Source of the DNA: Candidatus Doudnabacteria bacterium
Lineage (GTDB): Bacteria > Patescibacteriota > Doudnabacteria > UBA920
Direction of reading: 5' to 3'
Length of the DNA stretch: 64,000 bases
NCBI GenBank assembly: GCA_023245995.1
Contig: JAHFJH010000003.1
Coordinates: forward strand, 1,585-65,584
A program made the position numbers and the translations under genes. Numbering within the stretch: position 1 is the stretch's first letter; each line of letters begins with the position of its first letter. Shown piece after piece: positions 1-9,662 of the stretch. A model generated the notes under the pieces. The model ran no database searches. It was given only the letters and a program-made list of their open reading frames with translations, and was not told the DNA's origin.

Positions 1-287
1 GTAAGCCGCAACGTAAATTCAGAAACTCCAAACAAAGAAAATAAACCAGCAGTAGTATATATATAAAGAGGGTTTTTATACTCCCCAAAAGCTTTAAAGT
101 ATATTGGTAAGAGTACACCATGTTCGTCACGTGCAGTATGCGCAATCAAATAAGCGTTATACCCTATTGAACTTTCATCTACATATAATCCGCGTGGCAA
201 AGTAGACAAACGCCACACGTGAACAAAAACTAAAAGTGTAAGTATAAGTGCAAGAATAAGTCGGAAAAAAAGTGAATTACCATGCAT
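1..287 (-). CDS. ArnT/PMT-family (GT83/GT39-like) membrane glycosyltransferase, 5' part (runs off window)
   Basis: Manual translation from ATG 287: MHGNSLFFRLILALILTLLVFVHVWRLSTLPRGLYVDESSIGYNAYLIAHTARDEHG...LFGVSEFTLRL; TM helix followed by the DE motif typical of this family. Confidence 0.75.
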   Translation of the reverse strand, partial: MHGNSLFFRLILALILTLLVFVHVWRLSTLPRGLYVDESSIGYNAYLIAHTARDEHGVLLPIYFKAFGEYKNPLYIYTTAGLFSLFGVSEFTLRL

Positions 288-418
288 AAAGTTTTGCTAC
301 TTTTTAGTATACTTTTCTCCCAAAAGAGCAAAAGTTGCTTCCCACTATAAATAAGATGCAAAGCGCTATAACTGAAATGACACAGAGATCTTTTTTAAAT
401 AAATATATAGCTTTTGCT

Positions 419-625
419 TTATTTATTTTTGTTCTTAACAAATTTTGGTTTTACAGAGATTATTCGCTGAGGCTTTGGCGCTTCATTCCACAACCTTCTA
501 TCATTTTCACGACTTGCCTTAAGGCAAGGCAAATGCAGATTGTATGTTTCTTTATTTTCGAACCAATCCCCGCAATCAGGACAAACTTCGCCAGCGTGAC
601 GATCTACAAACTCTCCTCTTGGCAT
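419..625 (-). CDS. small hypothetical protein, possible Zn finger
   Basis: 68 aa, CPDC...HLPC. Confidence 0.5.
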   Translation of the reverse strand: MPRGEFVDRHAGEVCPDCGDWFENKETYNLHLPCLKASRENDRRLWNEAPKPQRIISVKPKFVKNKNK

Positions 626-667
626 ACAATATTGTTAGCCAATTAACCTTTATAAGTATACCAAACC

Positions 668-708
668 TAAAAAAAGACTGTCCCGCTATAGGCGGAGACA
701 GTCTTTTC
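668..708 (-). terminator. intrinsic terminator of tuf
   Basis: Hairpin AAAAGACTGTC...GACAGTCTTTT followed by a U-tract on the minus strand. Confidence 0.8.
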
Positions 709-728
709 TATAAGCTAGAACCTAGCAA

Positions 729-1916
729 CTACTTTAGTATTTTTGTAACAACACCAGCACCAACAGTTCTACCACCTTCACGGATAGCGAACTTGCCTTT
801 TTCTTCCAAGGCGACTGGAGTAATAAGTTTAATTGTTACTGTAATGGTATCGCCAGGCATAACCATTTCTGTACCTTCAGGTAAGGTTACTTCACCAGTT
901 ACGTCTGTTGTACGAACGTAAAACTGTGGTTTATAGCCTTTAAAGAATGGAGTGTGGCGTCCACCTTCTTCTTTAGTAAGAATGTAAACTTCAGCAGTAA
1001 ACTCAGTATGAGGAGTAATAGAGCCAGGCTTGGCCAAAACTTGACCGCGCTCAACTTCTTCCTTCTTCACACCGCGAAGTAGTACACCTGCGTTGTCGCC
1101 TGCAAGACCTTTGTCCAGTTGCTTGTTAAACATCTCAATACCAGTAGCAACGGTCTTCGTTGTAGGCTTGAGTCCGACAATTTCAATTTCGTCGTTTATG
1201 TTCAACGTACCGCGTTCAATACGGCCAGTTACCACAGTACCACGTCCTTCAATAGTAAAGATGTCTTCTATTGGCATTAGGAACGGCTGGTCTACTGCGC
1301 GCTCTGGTTGTGGAATGTAAGAGTCCAAAGCTTCTACTAATTTTAGAATAGAAGGTTCGCCAATTTCACTCTGATCGCCTTCCATAGCCTTAAGCGCGCT
1401 ACCACGAATAATTGGAGTGGTGGCACCTGGGAACTCATACTTGGTAAGAAGATCGCGAATCTCTTCTTCTACAAGATCCAACAATTCTGCATCTTGCACC
1501 ATGTCTACTTTGTTCATGTACACAACAATGTATGGCACACCAACTTGGCGAGCAAGCAAAATGTGTTCACGAGTCTGTGGCATAGGACCGTCTGCTGCAC
1601 TAACAACCAAGATTGCACCGTCCATTTGAGCGGCACCGGTAATCATGTTCTTAATGTAGTCGGCGTGTCCTGGACAATCTACGTGCGCATAGTGGCGCTT
1701 GTCAGACTCGTATTCAACGTGAGCTGTGTTAATGGTAATACCACGGGCTTTTTCTTCCGGGGCATTGTCAATTTGGTCATAGGCGCGAGCCTTAGACTTT
1801 CCCGTCTTTGCAAGCACGGTTGTAATGGCCGCAGTTAAAGTGGTTTTACCGTGGTCGACGTGACCAATGGTACCCACGTTTATGTGCGGCTTGGAGCGAT
1901 CAAACGCTTCTGCCAT
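729..1916 (-). CDS. tuf: elongation factor Tu
   Basis: [28 protein letters not shown] motifs. Confidence 0.99.
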   Translation of the reverse strand: MAEAFDRSKPHINVGTIGHVDHGKTTLTAAITTVLAKTGKSKARAYDQIDNAPEEKARGITINTAHVEYESDKRHYAHVDCPGHADYIKNMITGAAQMDGAILVVSAADGPMPQTREHILLARQVGVPYIVVYMNKVDMVQDAELLDLVEEEIRDLLTKYEFPGATTPIIRGSALKAMEGDQSEIGEPSILKLVEALDSYIPQPERAVDQPFLMPIEDIFTIEGRGTVVTGRIERGTLNINDEIEIVGLKPTTKTVATGIEMFNKQLDKGLAGDNAGVLLRGVKKEEVERGQVLAKPGSITPHTEFTAEVYILTKEEGGRHTPFFKGYKPQFYVRTTDVTGEVTLPEGTEMVMPGDTITVTIKLITPVALEEKGKFAIREGGRTVGAGVVTKILK

Positions 1917-2005
1917 TGTTCTATTCCTTCATCGCCCGAGAAATCCTCGCCCCTGCATCTGTATAGACAGATTCAGAGCCGAGGGACTCTCTTTTTTACC
2001 GCAGG

Positions 2006-2032
2006 TCACCCATAGCTTTGCGCGAAGGGTGA
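2006..2032 (-). repeat. palindromic element family B, in tuf leader
   Basis: TCACCC-TTC-GC-GCAAA-GC-TAT-GGGTGA; same architecture as copies at 23829, 46263, 49519, 50477. Confidence 0.75.
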
Positions 2033-2112
2033 TAAACCACGATTATCCAGAGCGAAATTAATTAATAATTAACCAATAATAAGCGCGCTTCAGTTTCCTG
2101 TGCGCTATAGAG

Positions 2113-2142
2113 ATTATAGAGAATAACTGGCTTCCATGTCAA
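2113..2142 (-). promoter_or_regulatory. sigma70 promoter of tuf
   Basis: TTGACA-18nt-TATAAT. Confidence 0.75.
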
Positions 2143-2247
2143 ACAGTACAACCGCATGGCTAAAAGCTGTAAATACCAAAAAAAGATGCGTATAGGAAAA
2201 CCCTCATCTTGTATATAAAAATATAATAAAACTACTATCAAAAAAGA

Positions 2248-2610
2248 TTAAAGGTCGTCGGGAGCATCAAAGTCGAAACTCGGGTCTATAACTTCTTCCC
2301 GCAAATCATGTTTTGGTAGGTTGGTCTTTATTTGTGGTGGGAACGTGGAAGGATACGGATTTCGCGCCGCAGGAGCCGTCCCTACTTTAAGCGCCTGTTC
2401 TGCTAACTGCGCCTTTAATATTTCTTCATTTACCACTGCTGGATCTGGCACGTTTGGAGATTGAAAATTAGAGATTGGAAGTTTCTGCTTCAGTTTACCG
2501 TACTCCTCCACCCCCATAAGCACGAGCTGAACATTTCCCTGCTCATCCATAATAAAAACCTTCCCCGCTTCCTGTTTACAAAGTTTTACAATGTCTTCCA
2601 AAGTTTTCAT
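2248..2610 (-). CDS. hypothetical protein
   Basis: 120 aa ORF; contains an in-frame heptamer array (LPISNFQSP). Confidence 0.7.
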   Translation of the reverse strand: MKTLEDIVKLCKQEAGKVFIMDEQGNVQLVLMGVEEYGKLKQKLPISNFQSPNVPDPAVVNEEILKAQLAEQALKVGTAPAARNPYPSTFPPQIKTNLPKHDLREEVIDPSFDFDAPDDL

Positions 2611-2794
2611 ATAAAAAAATTACTAGCCACCCCATAATACCCTAAATACCGCCCGGAGTCGAGCACGATAATACGCATACGGAACGCTATCCTAGCCATT
2701 TGAAATCTATTTTTCAATACGCTATACTTGCTTATTCTTCTTATGGGCTCAGTACGAAATATGAGAAAATTGACCAGACACATAATCTTCACAT

Positions 2795-3703
2795 ATGCAA
2801 AATAGGTTAGCCATTGGTGTTTGCGCAAAGAATGAAGAAGGGGGCATTGCGACTTGCCTTACGAGTATCCTAAAATCTGCGAACAGATTATCTTGTGACT
2901 GGAACCTATACATATGCGTAAACGGATCTACGGATTCTACTTTGGTACAAATTCACAGATGGATAACAAAAACGGGATTCCAATGCAAAGTGTTAGTGCT
3001 GCCGCATGCAAACCTAGTTGAAGCCCAGAGATGCATTGTGAACCAAGCAGTAGTAGACAAATGTAACTATTACGGATTTATTGACGCTGACACCAAAATT
3101 CACAAATACTGTATCCCCTATCTTATGGATAGAATTGTTAAAAATAAAAACATCAAAGCAGTTTACGGGCTATCCATACCTTCCAAAACGCATAAGCCAA
3201 CCCTCATTGAAAGGATAATGAATAACTATGACCAACCGAAAGCAGAAGTGTACTCTGCGCGCAAACACCTACACGGCAGAGCCTTTATCACCACAGACTG
3301 GAATATTCCCAAAAATATAGAAGAACCGCTGATTTGCGATGATATTTATCTCTCGTGCTATTTACTAAAAAAATATGGAGAACAGAGCATACAAGGCGTT
3401 GAGAATGCACAAGTTCAATTTAAACAAATTAGATCGTTTGAAGACTACTATAAGCTCTACAAAAGACATAAGCTTGAAAAAGACAAGGTATTAAAAAACT
3501 ATAACGAATTTAAGACATTGCCCACAGATCAAGTGTATCGACAATTCTTACCTAAAAACCTTTTACACGACTCATTGAAAAACGGCCTGTTATGGGTGCT
3601 TCTGTTAGGCATAAAACAAGTAGCGAGTTATAGGTTGACCATAGAAAAGCTCTTTTACCCACACGTAAAGCCTCAATGGGAAGAAACACTAACCAGTAAG
3701 TAA
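2795..3703 (+). CDS. glycosyltransferase family 2
   Basis: N-terminal xNEE motif, VNGSTDST, DADT (DxD), CDD. Confidence 0.85.
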   Translation: MQNRLAIGVCAKNEEGGIATCLTSILKSANRLSCDWNLYICVNGSTDSTLVQIHRWITKTGFQCKVLVLPHANLVEAQRCIVNQAVVDKCNYYGFIDADTKIHKYCIPYLMDRIVKNKNIKAVYGLSIPSKTHKPTLIERIMNNYDQPKAEVYSARKHLHGRAFITTDWNIPKNIEEPLICDDIYLSCYLLKKYGEQSIQGVENAQVQFKQIRSFEDYYKLYKRHKLEKDKVLKNYNEFKTLPTDQVYRQFLPKNLLHDSLKNGLLWVLLLGIKQVASYRLTIEKLFYPHVKPQWEETLTSK

Positions 3704-3707
3704 GTGT

Positions 3708-4301
3708 ATGAAGATAATCATTTTCGAAGGCATTTGCACAAGCGGAAAATCATCGGTTATACAAAAATTAAAAAGAATTCTCAGCGAACGCAAACTACCA
3801 TGCAATATTGTTACAGAGGATGAAGTTAAAAAAGCGATGTTTGCCAACACGGACATGACAAAGAGTATTCTCCGTATGGAAAAGTTCCTTGCTAAAAACG
3901 TACATAGCAAAAAGAACGTTTTGTTTGATCGTTTATATTTATCTTTGGTAGACAGATGCGAACAACCGGACTCATTGTTTAAAAACCTAGAGGAACGCAT
4001 TATTAAACACAATGCATCAATAGTATTTTTGTATATTCCACCCCGAAGTATAAAAATTCGTTTATCTGGTGCGTCGCTCCATCGCGGAACAAAATGGAAG
4101 AATTATCTAGATGGTTTAGGTGGTATAGAAATGGCTACCACATATTACTCAAACCAACAAAAGAAAATACTGCGATACTTAAAACAATGCTCAGTTCCTC
4201 ATATCATTTACAACACAGAGAGTAGAGACTACGAGCACATATCTGAAAAAATATACAAAACTCTTATTAAACCACCAAAAGACCGTCTCCCTACGCGGTA
4301 A
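3708..4301 (+). CDS. thymidylate/dNMP kinase-like P-loop protein
   Basis: IIFEGICTSGKSS P-loop and FDR motif. Confidence 0.7.
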   Translation: MKIIIFEGICTSGKSSVIQKLKRILSERKLPCNIVTEDEVKKAMFANTDMTKSILRMEKFLAKNVHSKKNVLFDRLYLSLVDRCEQPDSLFKNLEERIIKHNASIVFLYIPPRSIKIRLSGASLHRGTKWKNYLDGLGGIEMATTYYSNQQKKILRYLKQCSVPHIIYNTESRDYEHISEKIYKTLIKPPKDRLPTR

Positions 4302-4315
4302 GACGGTCTTTTTCT
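4277..4315. terminator. bidirectional terminator between the kinase gene and fusA
   Basis: AAAAGACCGTCT...AGACGGTCTTTTT. Confidence 0.8.
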
Positions 4316-4362
4316 TTCTTTAACCTAAAACCTAGTAGCTAGCACCTATAAGCTACTCGGAA

Positions 4363-6486
4363 TTACATACCCTTACGAACATTTATACCGGCACGACTTT
4401 CTATAATCTTTTGAGCAATATTATTTGGTACTTCGCCGTAGTGGTCAAATTCCATACTGTAGCTCGCTTGGCCTTGTGTCATGGAACGCAAACTTGTGGC
4501 ATAGCCAAACATTTCCGACAAGGGAACCATGGCATCTATAATTTTCAAGTGCAAGCGATCTGTCATTTCGTTTATCTGTGCGCGCTTAGAATTTAAGTCG
4601 CCAATGACGTCACCCATGTTTGACTCTGGTGTGGTAACTTCCACTTTCATAATCGGCTCTAAAATTACTGGGTTCGCGCGTTTAACTGCTTCCTGCAAAG
4701 CCTTGCTGGCTGCAATTTTAAACGCCATTTCAGAAGAGTCTACTTCGTGGTAGCTACCGTCGTAAACTGCCGCACTAAAATCTACCAGTGGGTACCCTGC
4801 AATAACACCGTTAGCAGCCGATTCCTGAATACCTTTGTCTATTGGCTTTATGTATTCTTTTGGAATAACACCACCAACAACTTCATCTTTAAATTCATAA
4901 CCCTTACCGCGTTCTAGAGGCTCTACTCGCAAGTAGACATGGCCGTACTGTCCACGACCACCAGTTTGACGAATGTATTTATTTTCCGCAGTGGCAGTAC
5001 CTTTAATAGCCTCTTTGTAAGCAACCTCTGGTTTACCCACATTGGCTTCCACTTTAAACTCGCGCTTCATGCGGTCTACAATAATTTCCAAATGCAACTC
5101 ACCCATACCGGCAATAAGAGTTTGGCCGGTTTCTTCGTTGGAGGTAATTTTAAATGTCGGGTCTTCTTCTGCCAACTTTTGCATAGCAATACCCATTTTT
5201 TCTTGGTCTGCTTTGGTCTTTGGCTCTATGGCCATGGAAATAACAGGGTCAGCAAACTTGATTGACTCTAAAACAACCGGCTTATCTACATCACAAAGTG
5301 TATCTCCTGTAAAAGTGTCTTTGGGGCCAACTAAGGCACAAATATCTCCGGCAAAAACTTCTTTTACTTCGTCGCGTTCGTCTGCTTTCATGCGAACTAT
5401 ACGACCCACGCGCTCTTTGTTGCCGGTACGCGCATTCAACACATACGAGCCTGCTTCAAGCGTTCCGGAATACACACGGAAGAAACACAAGCGTCCTACA
5501 AACGGGTCGGTAGCAATTTTAAACGCTAAAGCAGAAAAAGGTTCAGTGTCACTTGGGTTGCGTAAAACTTCTTCGCCCGTTTTAAGGTCGTGGCCTTTTA
5601 CTGAGCCCTTATCTGTTGGACTTGGTAAAAAGTTCACCACTGCATCTAACATCATTTGTACTATTATGCCTCGGTTGTCTCCACCAATAACTGGGAAAAA
5701 CTGGCCGGACTGAGTAGCCTTACGAATAGTTTGCAAAAGTTCAAGTTCCGTAAGCTCCGCTCCAGATAGATACTTTTCCATGACTACATCGTCGTACTCC
5801 ACAACTTTTTCTATAAGCTTATGGCGCCACTCTTTGGAGAGTTCTACCATATCGGCAGGAATTTCGCCTACTGTAAACTCTTTGTCGTGGAATTCTTTGT
5901 AGGTATAAGCTTTCATTTGCACCAAGTCCACCACACCACAAATATCTTTCTCAAACCCAATTGGAAGCTGCACTGGCATTGCGTTTGGGTTCAAGCGTTT
6001 TTGAATAGACTCTAAGGATTTATAAAAATCGCCACCGGTCTGGTTAATCTTATTTATAGAACAGACACGTGGCACACCATACTTGTCTGCTTGGCGCCAT
6101 ACCGTTTCGCTTTGTGGCTCTACACCCATTTTACCGTCGAACACAGTAACAGCACCATCAAGCACGCGAAGAGACCTTTCTACCTCTACAGTAAAATCTA
6201 CGTGTCCAGGAGTGTCTATGATGTTAATTTTATATTTCTGGTCTGCTGCCAACTTTATGTGCTGAGGGCTCCAATAACAAGTAACAGCCGCGCTTGTGAT
6301 TGTAATACCACGTTCGCGTTCCTGTTCCATCCAGTCAGTTACAGTTTCACCTTCGTGCACCGCACCAATTTTATGAATCATACCGGTGTTAAACAAAACA
6401 CCTTCTGTTGTTGTGGTCTTACCCGCGTCAATGTGGGCAATAATACCAATATTACGGGTCGCTTCTATAGGGTATTCTCTGGGCAT
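4363..6486 (-). CDS. fusA: elongation factor G (atypical G4/G5 motifs)
   Basis: [29 protein letters not shown], domains III-V; follows rpsG. Confidence 0.98.
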   Translation of the reverse strand: MPREYPIEATRNIGIIAHIDAGKTTTTEGVLFNTGMIHKIGAVHEGETVTDWMEQERERGITITSAAVTCYWSPQHIKLAADQKYKINIIDTPGHVDFTVEVERSLRVLDGAVTVFDGKMGVEPQSETVWRQADKYGVPRVCSINKINQTGGDFYKSLESIQKRLNPNAMPVQLPIGFEKDICGVVDLVQMKAYTYKEFHDKEFTVGEIPADMVELSKEWRHKLIEKVVEYDDVVMEKYLSGAELTELELLQTIRKATQSGQFFPVIGGDNRGIIVQMMLDAVVNFLPSPTDKGSVKGHDLKTGEEVLRNPSDTEPFSALAFKIATDPFVGRLCFFRVYSGTLEAGSYVLNARTGNKERVGRIVRMKADERDEVKEVFAGDICALVGPKDTFTGDTLCDVDKPVVLESIKFADPVISMAIEPKTKADQEKMGIAMQKLAEEDPTFKITSNEETGQTLIAGMGELHLEIIVDRMKREFKVEANVGKPEVAYKEAIKGTATAENKYIRQTGGRGQYGHVYLRVEPLERGKGYEFKDEVVGGVIPKEYIKPIDKGIQESAANGVIAGYPLVDFSAAVYDGSYHEVDSSEMAFKIAASKALQEAVKRANPVILEPIMKVEVTTPESNMGDVIGDLNSKRAQINEMTDRLHLKIIDAMVPLSEMFGYATSLRSMTQGQASYSMEFDHYGEVPNNIAQKIIESRAGINVRKGM

Positions 6487-6494
6487 AGTAGTAA

Positions 6495-6606
6495 AATTTC
6501 CAATTTTTAATTTTGCAATTTTTAATAAATGCTTAAATGCATTAGGCTTTAAACATTTATAAATTGAAAATTCATTAAAAATTAAAAATTATAAAAATTA
6601 AAAATT
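6495..6606. repeat. inverted arrays of AATTTTT/AAAAATT-type heptamers between rpsG and fusA
   Basis: aatttcc aattttt aattttgc aattttt ... aaaattc ... aaaaatt aaaaatt. Confidence 0.7.
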
Positions 6607-7166
6607 TATTTTCTCTTATTACCGAACCGTGCAAAGTGCGCAAAGGCTTTGTTAGACTCTGCCATACGGTGAGTGTCTTCGCGCTTTTTGTACGCGTTAC
6701 CAAGTTTGTTGTATGCATCTATCATTTCTGCGGCTAGCTTTTCACCCATTGGAGCGCCCTTGCGAGCTCGGGCAGCATTTATAAGCCACTTCATACCAAG
6801 TGTAGTTTTGCGTGGTTCTTGTACTTCCATTGGTACCTGATAGTTGGACCCGCCAATGCGACGACCCTTAACTTCAACCATTGGGCTAACATTTTTTAAA
6901 GCAATTTCAAAAACTTGTTTACCATCTAAAGACTTATCCGCAGTCTCTTTAGAGTCCGTAGAACCGGCACCAGTGGAAGGATTGCTTGCACTTAGCGCGG
7001 CCATTTTCTCGGTTACAGTATCTATGGCAGTGTAGAATATCTTTTGAGCAACAGTTTTCTTGCCCCGTTCCATGAGGTAGTTAATAAACTTTGCGTACTT
7101 TACACTGTTAAATTTTGGATCAGCCGTAGGAATACGGCGTTCGTAACTTCTTGCTCTTCTTGGCAT
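6606..7166 (-). CDS. rpsG: 30S ribosomal protein S7 with a ~25-aa internal insertion
   Basis: RRIGGSNYQVP, HRMAESNKAFAH. Confidence 0.98.
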   Translation of the reverse strand: MPRRARSYERRIPTADPKFNSVKYAKFINYLMERGKKTVAQKIFYTAIDTVTEKMAALSASNPSTGAGSTDSKETADKSLDGKQVFEIALKNVSPMVEVKGRRIGGSNYQVPMEVQEPRKTTLGMKWLINAARARKGAPMGEKLAAEMIDAYNKLGNAYKKREDTHRMAESNKAFAHFARFGNKRK

Positions 7167-7171
7167 ATATG

Positions 7172-7249
7172 TAATAGCTTCTAGGTTCTAGCTAATAGGT
7201 GCTAGCTCAAGATTTCTCTAGAAGCTAGTTCCTAGCAGCTAGAAGCTAC
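7172..7249. repeat. inverted arrays of CTAG-containing heptamers (TAGAAGC-like) between rpsL and rpsG
   Basis: tagcttc taggttc tagctaa taggtgc tagctc ... tagaagc tagttcc tagcagc tagaagc; half-arrays of the same type follow the fusA (4321-4356) and tuf (710-731) stops. Confidence 0.8.
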
Positions 7250-7666
7250 TTAGGCTTTCTTGTTCTTAGCGCCGTATTTAGAACGACCACGCTTTCTCCC
7301 GTCGACTCCGAGAGTGTCTAACTTACCTCTAACTATGTGGTAACGTACACCAGCCAAATCTTTTACTCTTCCACCACGAAGTAGTACCACGCTATGTTCT
7401 TGCAAATTGTGCCCAACTCCAGGAATGTAGGCCAAAACTTCCATGCCATTGGTAAGTTTTACCTTGGCCACTTTACGTAAAGCAGAGTTAGGTTTACGAG
7501 GAGTAGTAGTGTACACCTTTAAACAAACGCCACGAATAAAAGGAGCTCCTTTTATTTCTATGGGCTTATTTTTTATTAAATTAATGCGACGGCGGAGTGC
7601 CGGAGACGCAGGTTTTACCCGTAAGGGTTTGCGGCCTTTTCTGACCAGCTGATTTATTGTTGGCAT
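7250..7666 (-). CDS. rpsL: 30S ribosomal protein S12
   Basis: [28 protein letters not shown]. Confidence 0.99.
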   Translation of the reverse strand: MPTINQLVRKGRKPLRVKPASPALRRRINLIKNKPIEIKGAPFIRGVCLKVYTTTPRKPNSALRKVAKVKLTNGMEVLAYIPGVGHNLQEHSVVLLRGGRVKDLAGVRYHIVRGKLDTLGVDGRKRGRSKYGAKNKKA

Positions 7667-7673
7667 TCTTAAT

Positions 7674-7770
7674 TAGTGGCTAGTGATTAGTGGCTAGTGA
7701 TTAGTAATTAAATTCATGAAAAGTGCAGTATTGGCCAGACTAATCACTGTCCACTGTCCACTGTTCACTC
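7674..7770. repeat. inverted TAGTGAT/TAGTGGC-type heptamer arrays upstream of rpsL
   Basis: tagtggc tagtgat tagtggc tagtgat ... ctaatca ctgtcca ctgtcca ctgttca. Confidence 0.75.
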
Positions 7771-7819
7771 AAAATAAAAACCCAAGCAAAGGGTTTTTTG
7801 CTTTTCTTCACTACCAGTA

Positions 7820-7852
7820 CCCGCCTCTTCGGCGGGTCGCCGATGAGGCGAC
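7820..7852 (-). repeat. double-hairpin element family A, in rpsL leader
   Basis: GTCGCC-TCATC-GGCGAC directly followed by CCGCC-GAAGA-GGCGGG; copies at 23865 and 24288. Confidence 0.8.
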
Positions 7853-7957
7853 TCCCTTGAAACCTGTAAGGGTTAAACTTCCTAGTAAATGAGACCAAAT
7901 AATAGTAATTCCTTAAAGTTTCGACTCTAAGGGGCTTCCTATTCACTTGTTAAAGAA

Positions 7958-7987
7958 ATTATACCTAAATAAGCCCAAAACCGTCAA
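7958..7987 (-). promoter_or_regulatory. sigma70 promoter upstream of the rpsL leader
   Basis: TTGACG-18nt-TATAAT. Confidence 0.65.
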
Positions 7988-8122
7988 TATTGACTTTATA
8001 GTCAATATATGCTACAATATCGCATATTTGCTTGCTTATATAGAACATAGAACTTCGATCCTCAATTAAGGGGAACGAATACCTGTAAACGCCCATAAAA
8101 AGTAAGCCAGTAAGGAGGAAAC

Positions 8123-8476
8123 GTGACAGACCAAGAAATGCAGACACTACTAGCTCGCATGCGCGATGCTAAAACTGCAGAAGGGCTTTTTATAGCTGAG
8201 ATCGCCAACAGAAGTGGCCAAGCAGCGGAAAGTCACAGAAGTAATGCCACAACGGTTGTAGCCGCCCTAATTATGATGGCCTATACAGCCTACATTCACT
8301 ACGACTGGCCTCACCCTTTCTCGTGGCTAATGGTTGGAGGATTTTTTCTGGCCGGAGTCGCGTGCATTGGTAGCAAGGTAACAGAAAAAGACTATGTGGA
8401 GTTGTGTCATGGGTGCTGGACGATTGCATTCTTTGTATGGCTAATTTTCATAGCCGTACCGAACATCTTCCTGTAA
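8123..8476 (+). CDS. hypothetical membrane protein
   Basis: AAGGAGG SD, GTG start, TTGACT-17-TACAAT promoter (7990-8018), terminator ~8506-8558, three hydrophobic segments. Confidence 0.75.
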   Translation: MTDQEMQTLLARMRDAKTAEGLFIAEIANRSGQAAESHRSNATTVVAALIMMAYTAYIHYDWPHPFSWLMVGGFFLAGVACIGSKVTEKDYVELCHGCWTIAFFVWLIFIAVPNIFL

Positions 8477-8558
8477 GCCATGGCCTGTTACGCATACTAC
8501 AACTTAAGAGCCTGGAGCGGACCGACTAAACGTCGTCCCCGCTACCAGGCTTTTTCCT

Positions 8559-9602
8559 TTATACGTATGGAGGGCGCAAATTAGCGGGCATATGCTCAAA
8601 CATCAGCTCTTGAGCAATTATTTGTGCTTCCAAATGACTAATATTGACTTCCAAGTGATGAACCCGAATTAAATTTTCCAAGTCCGCAACGTAATCATAC
8701 TCTTTCGGTTGATACTGCGGATTGTCCGCATATCTAAAATACTCTCTAGCTTTTGTCGCCACCAGAGCTTCAAGGTTAGGATACACCTGTTTTGTATTAT
8801 CCCACTTTCCATGCATTCTGATGAGCTCACCGACCTCGCGACTAGATAATCCTAAAGCTTTTAACTGCTCTAGCGTTCCCACAGCATAAGCAGTTTGATA
8901 GTGTTTCCCTTTATACATAGGGCTATGTTCAATTGTGTCTGCCACATCTTGGCGAGACTTCAACACTGAACCATCGCCATACCTATAGGCATGCGCCTCC
9001 TGCAACTCAACACTTTGATGCAACGAGCGTGCTATATCCATTGCACTAAACTTTTTATCAACAAGCAAAGCAATCCGTCTGATAACTCCAGGAAATTGGT
9101 ACCCGTGTGTAGCTTCGTGGTTTAAAGTTCTCACACTGTCTGGTAGGTCTCCATAAGCCGCAAGATGAAACAATGACTCGGCGGTAGACGGCACGGGAGC
9201 TGACATTGTGGCTTCTTTAAAAAAAGGCAAGGGGTTAAATTCTCCGGAGGCATGCGTCATACCTTCATTCCAGGACACTTTTACGTTAAATGGTTTATAA
9301 CCTTCATCAAAGTCATGGAGTATATAATCAAATACACCGGCCTCTTCAAACTCTTCAAAGAAATCAGTCTCTCTTTTTATTTTAAGAAAAGTATCCTTAT
9401 ATAAGGCAGTTAGCTCTGCTGAAGGCAAGGCCTGAATGGCCTCGACCATATAAGGCTGACGAAACTGCAAGAAACGCGGCTTAGTTTTTAGCTCTCTTTG
9501 CCTAGAGAGCAGCTCTTCTATTTTCTTTTCAACGCCCCCAGCCACTGTTTCCTTCTGTTCGACCTCTGTGGGTGTGGACTGCTCGTGCGAACGAAAACTC
9601 AT
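8559..9602 (-). CDS. hypothetical protein, possible zincin metallopeptidase
   Basis: LNHEATHGYQ (HExxH) with downstream QEAHAY. Confidence 0.6.
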   Translation of the reverse strand: MSFRSHEQSTPTEVEQKETVAGGVEKKIEELLSRQRELKTKPRFLQFRQPYMVEAIQALPSAELTALYKDTFLKIKRETDFFEEFEEAGVFDYILHDFDEGYKPFNVKVSWNEGMTHASGEFNPLPFFKEATMSAPVPSTAESLFHLAAYGDLPDSVRTLNHEATHGYQFPGVIRRIALLVDKKFSAMDIARSLHQSVELQEAHAYRYGDGSVLKSRQDVADTIEHSPMYKGKHYQTAYAVGTLEQLKALGLSSREVGELIRMHGKWDNTKQVYPNLEALVATKAREYFRYADNPQYQPKEYDYVADLENLIRVHHLEVNISHLEAQIIAQELMFEHMPANLRPPYV

Positions 9603-9662
9603 AAAAATATTAAACAATTAAGTTACTACTTAGTGGAAACTCCGCCTATAAATACAGAAGTA

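Noticed and set aside
544-6510. Long antisense ORFs over tuf and fusA (also over pnp, xer, dus and others)
   Set aside because: Shadow frames of conserved genes, with no motifs or initiation signals
7740-7946. 68-aa ORF upstream of rpsL
   Set aside because: Runs through hairpins, a repeat element, a terminator and a heptamer array; better explained as structured RNA
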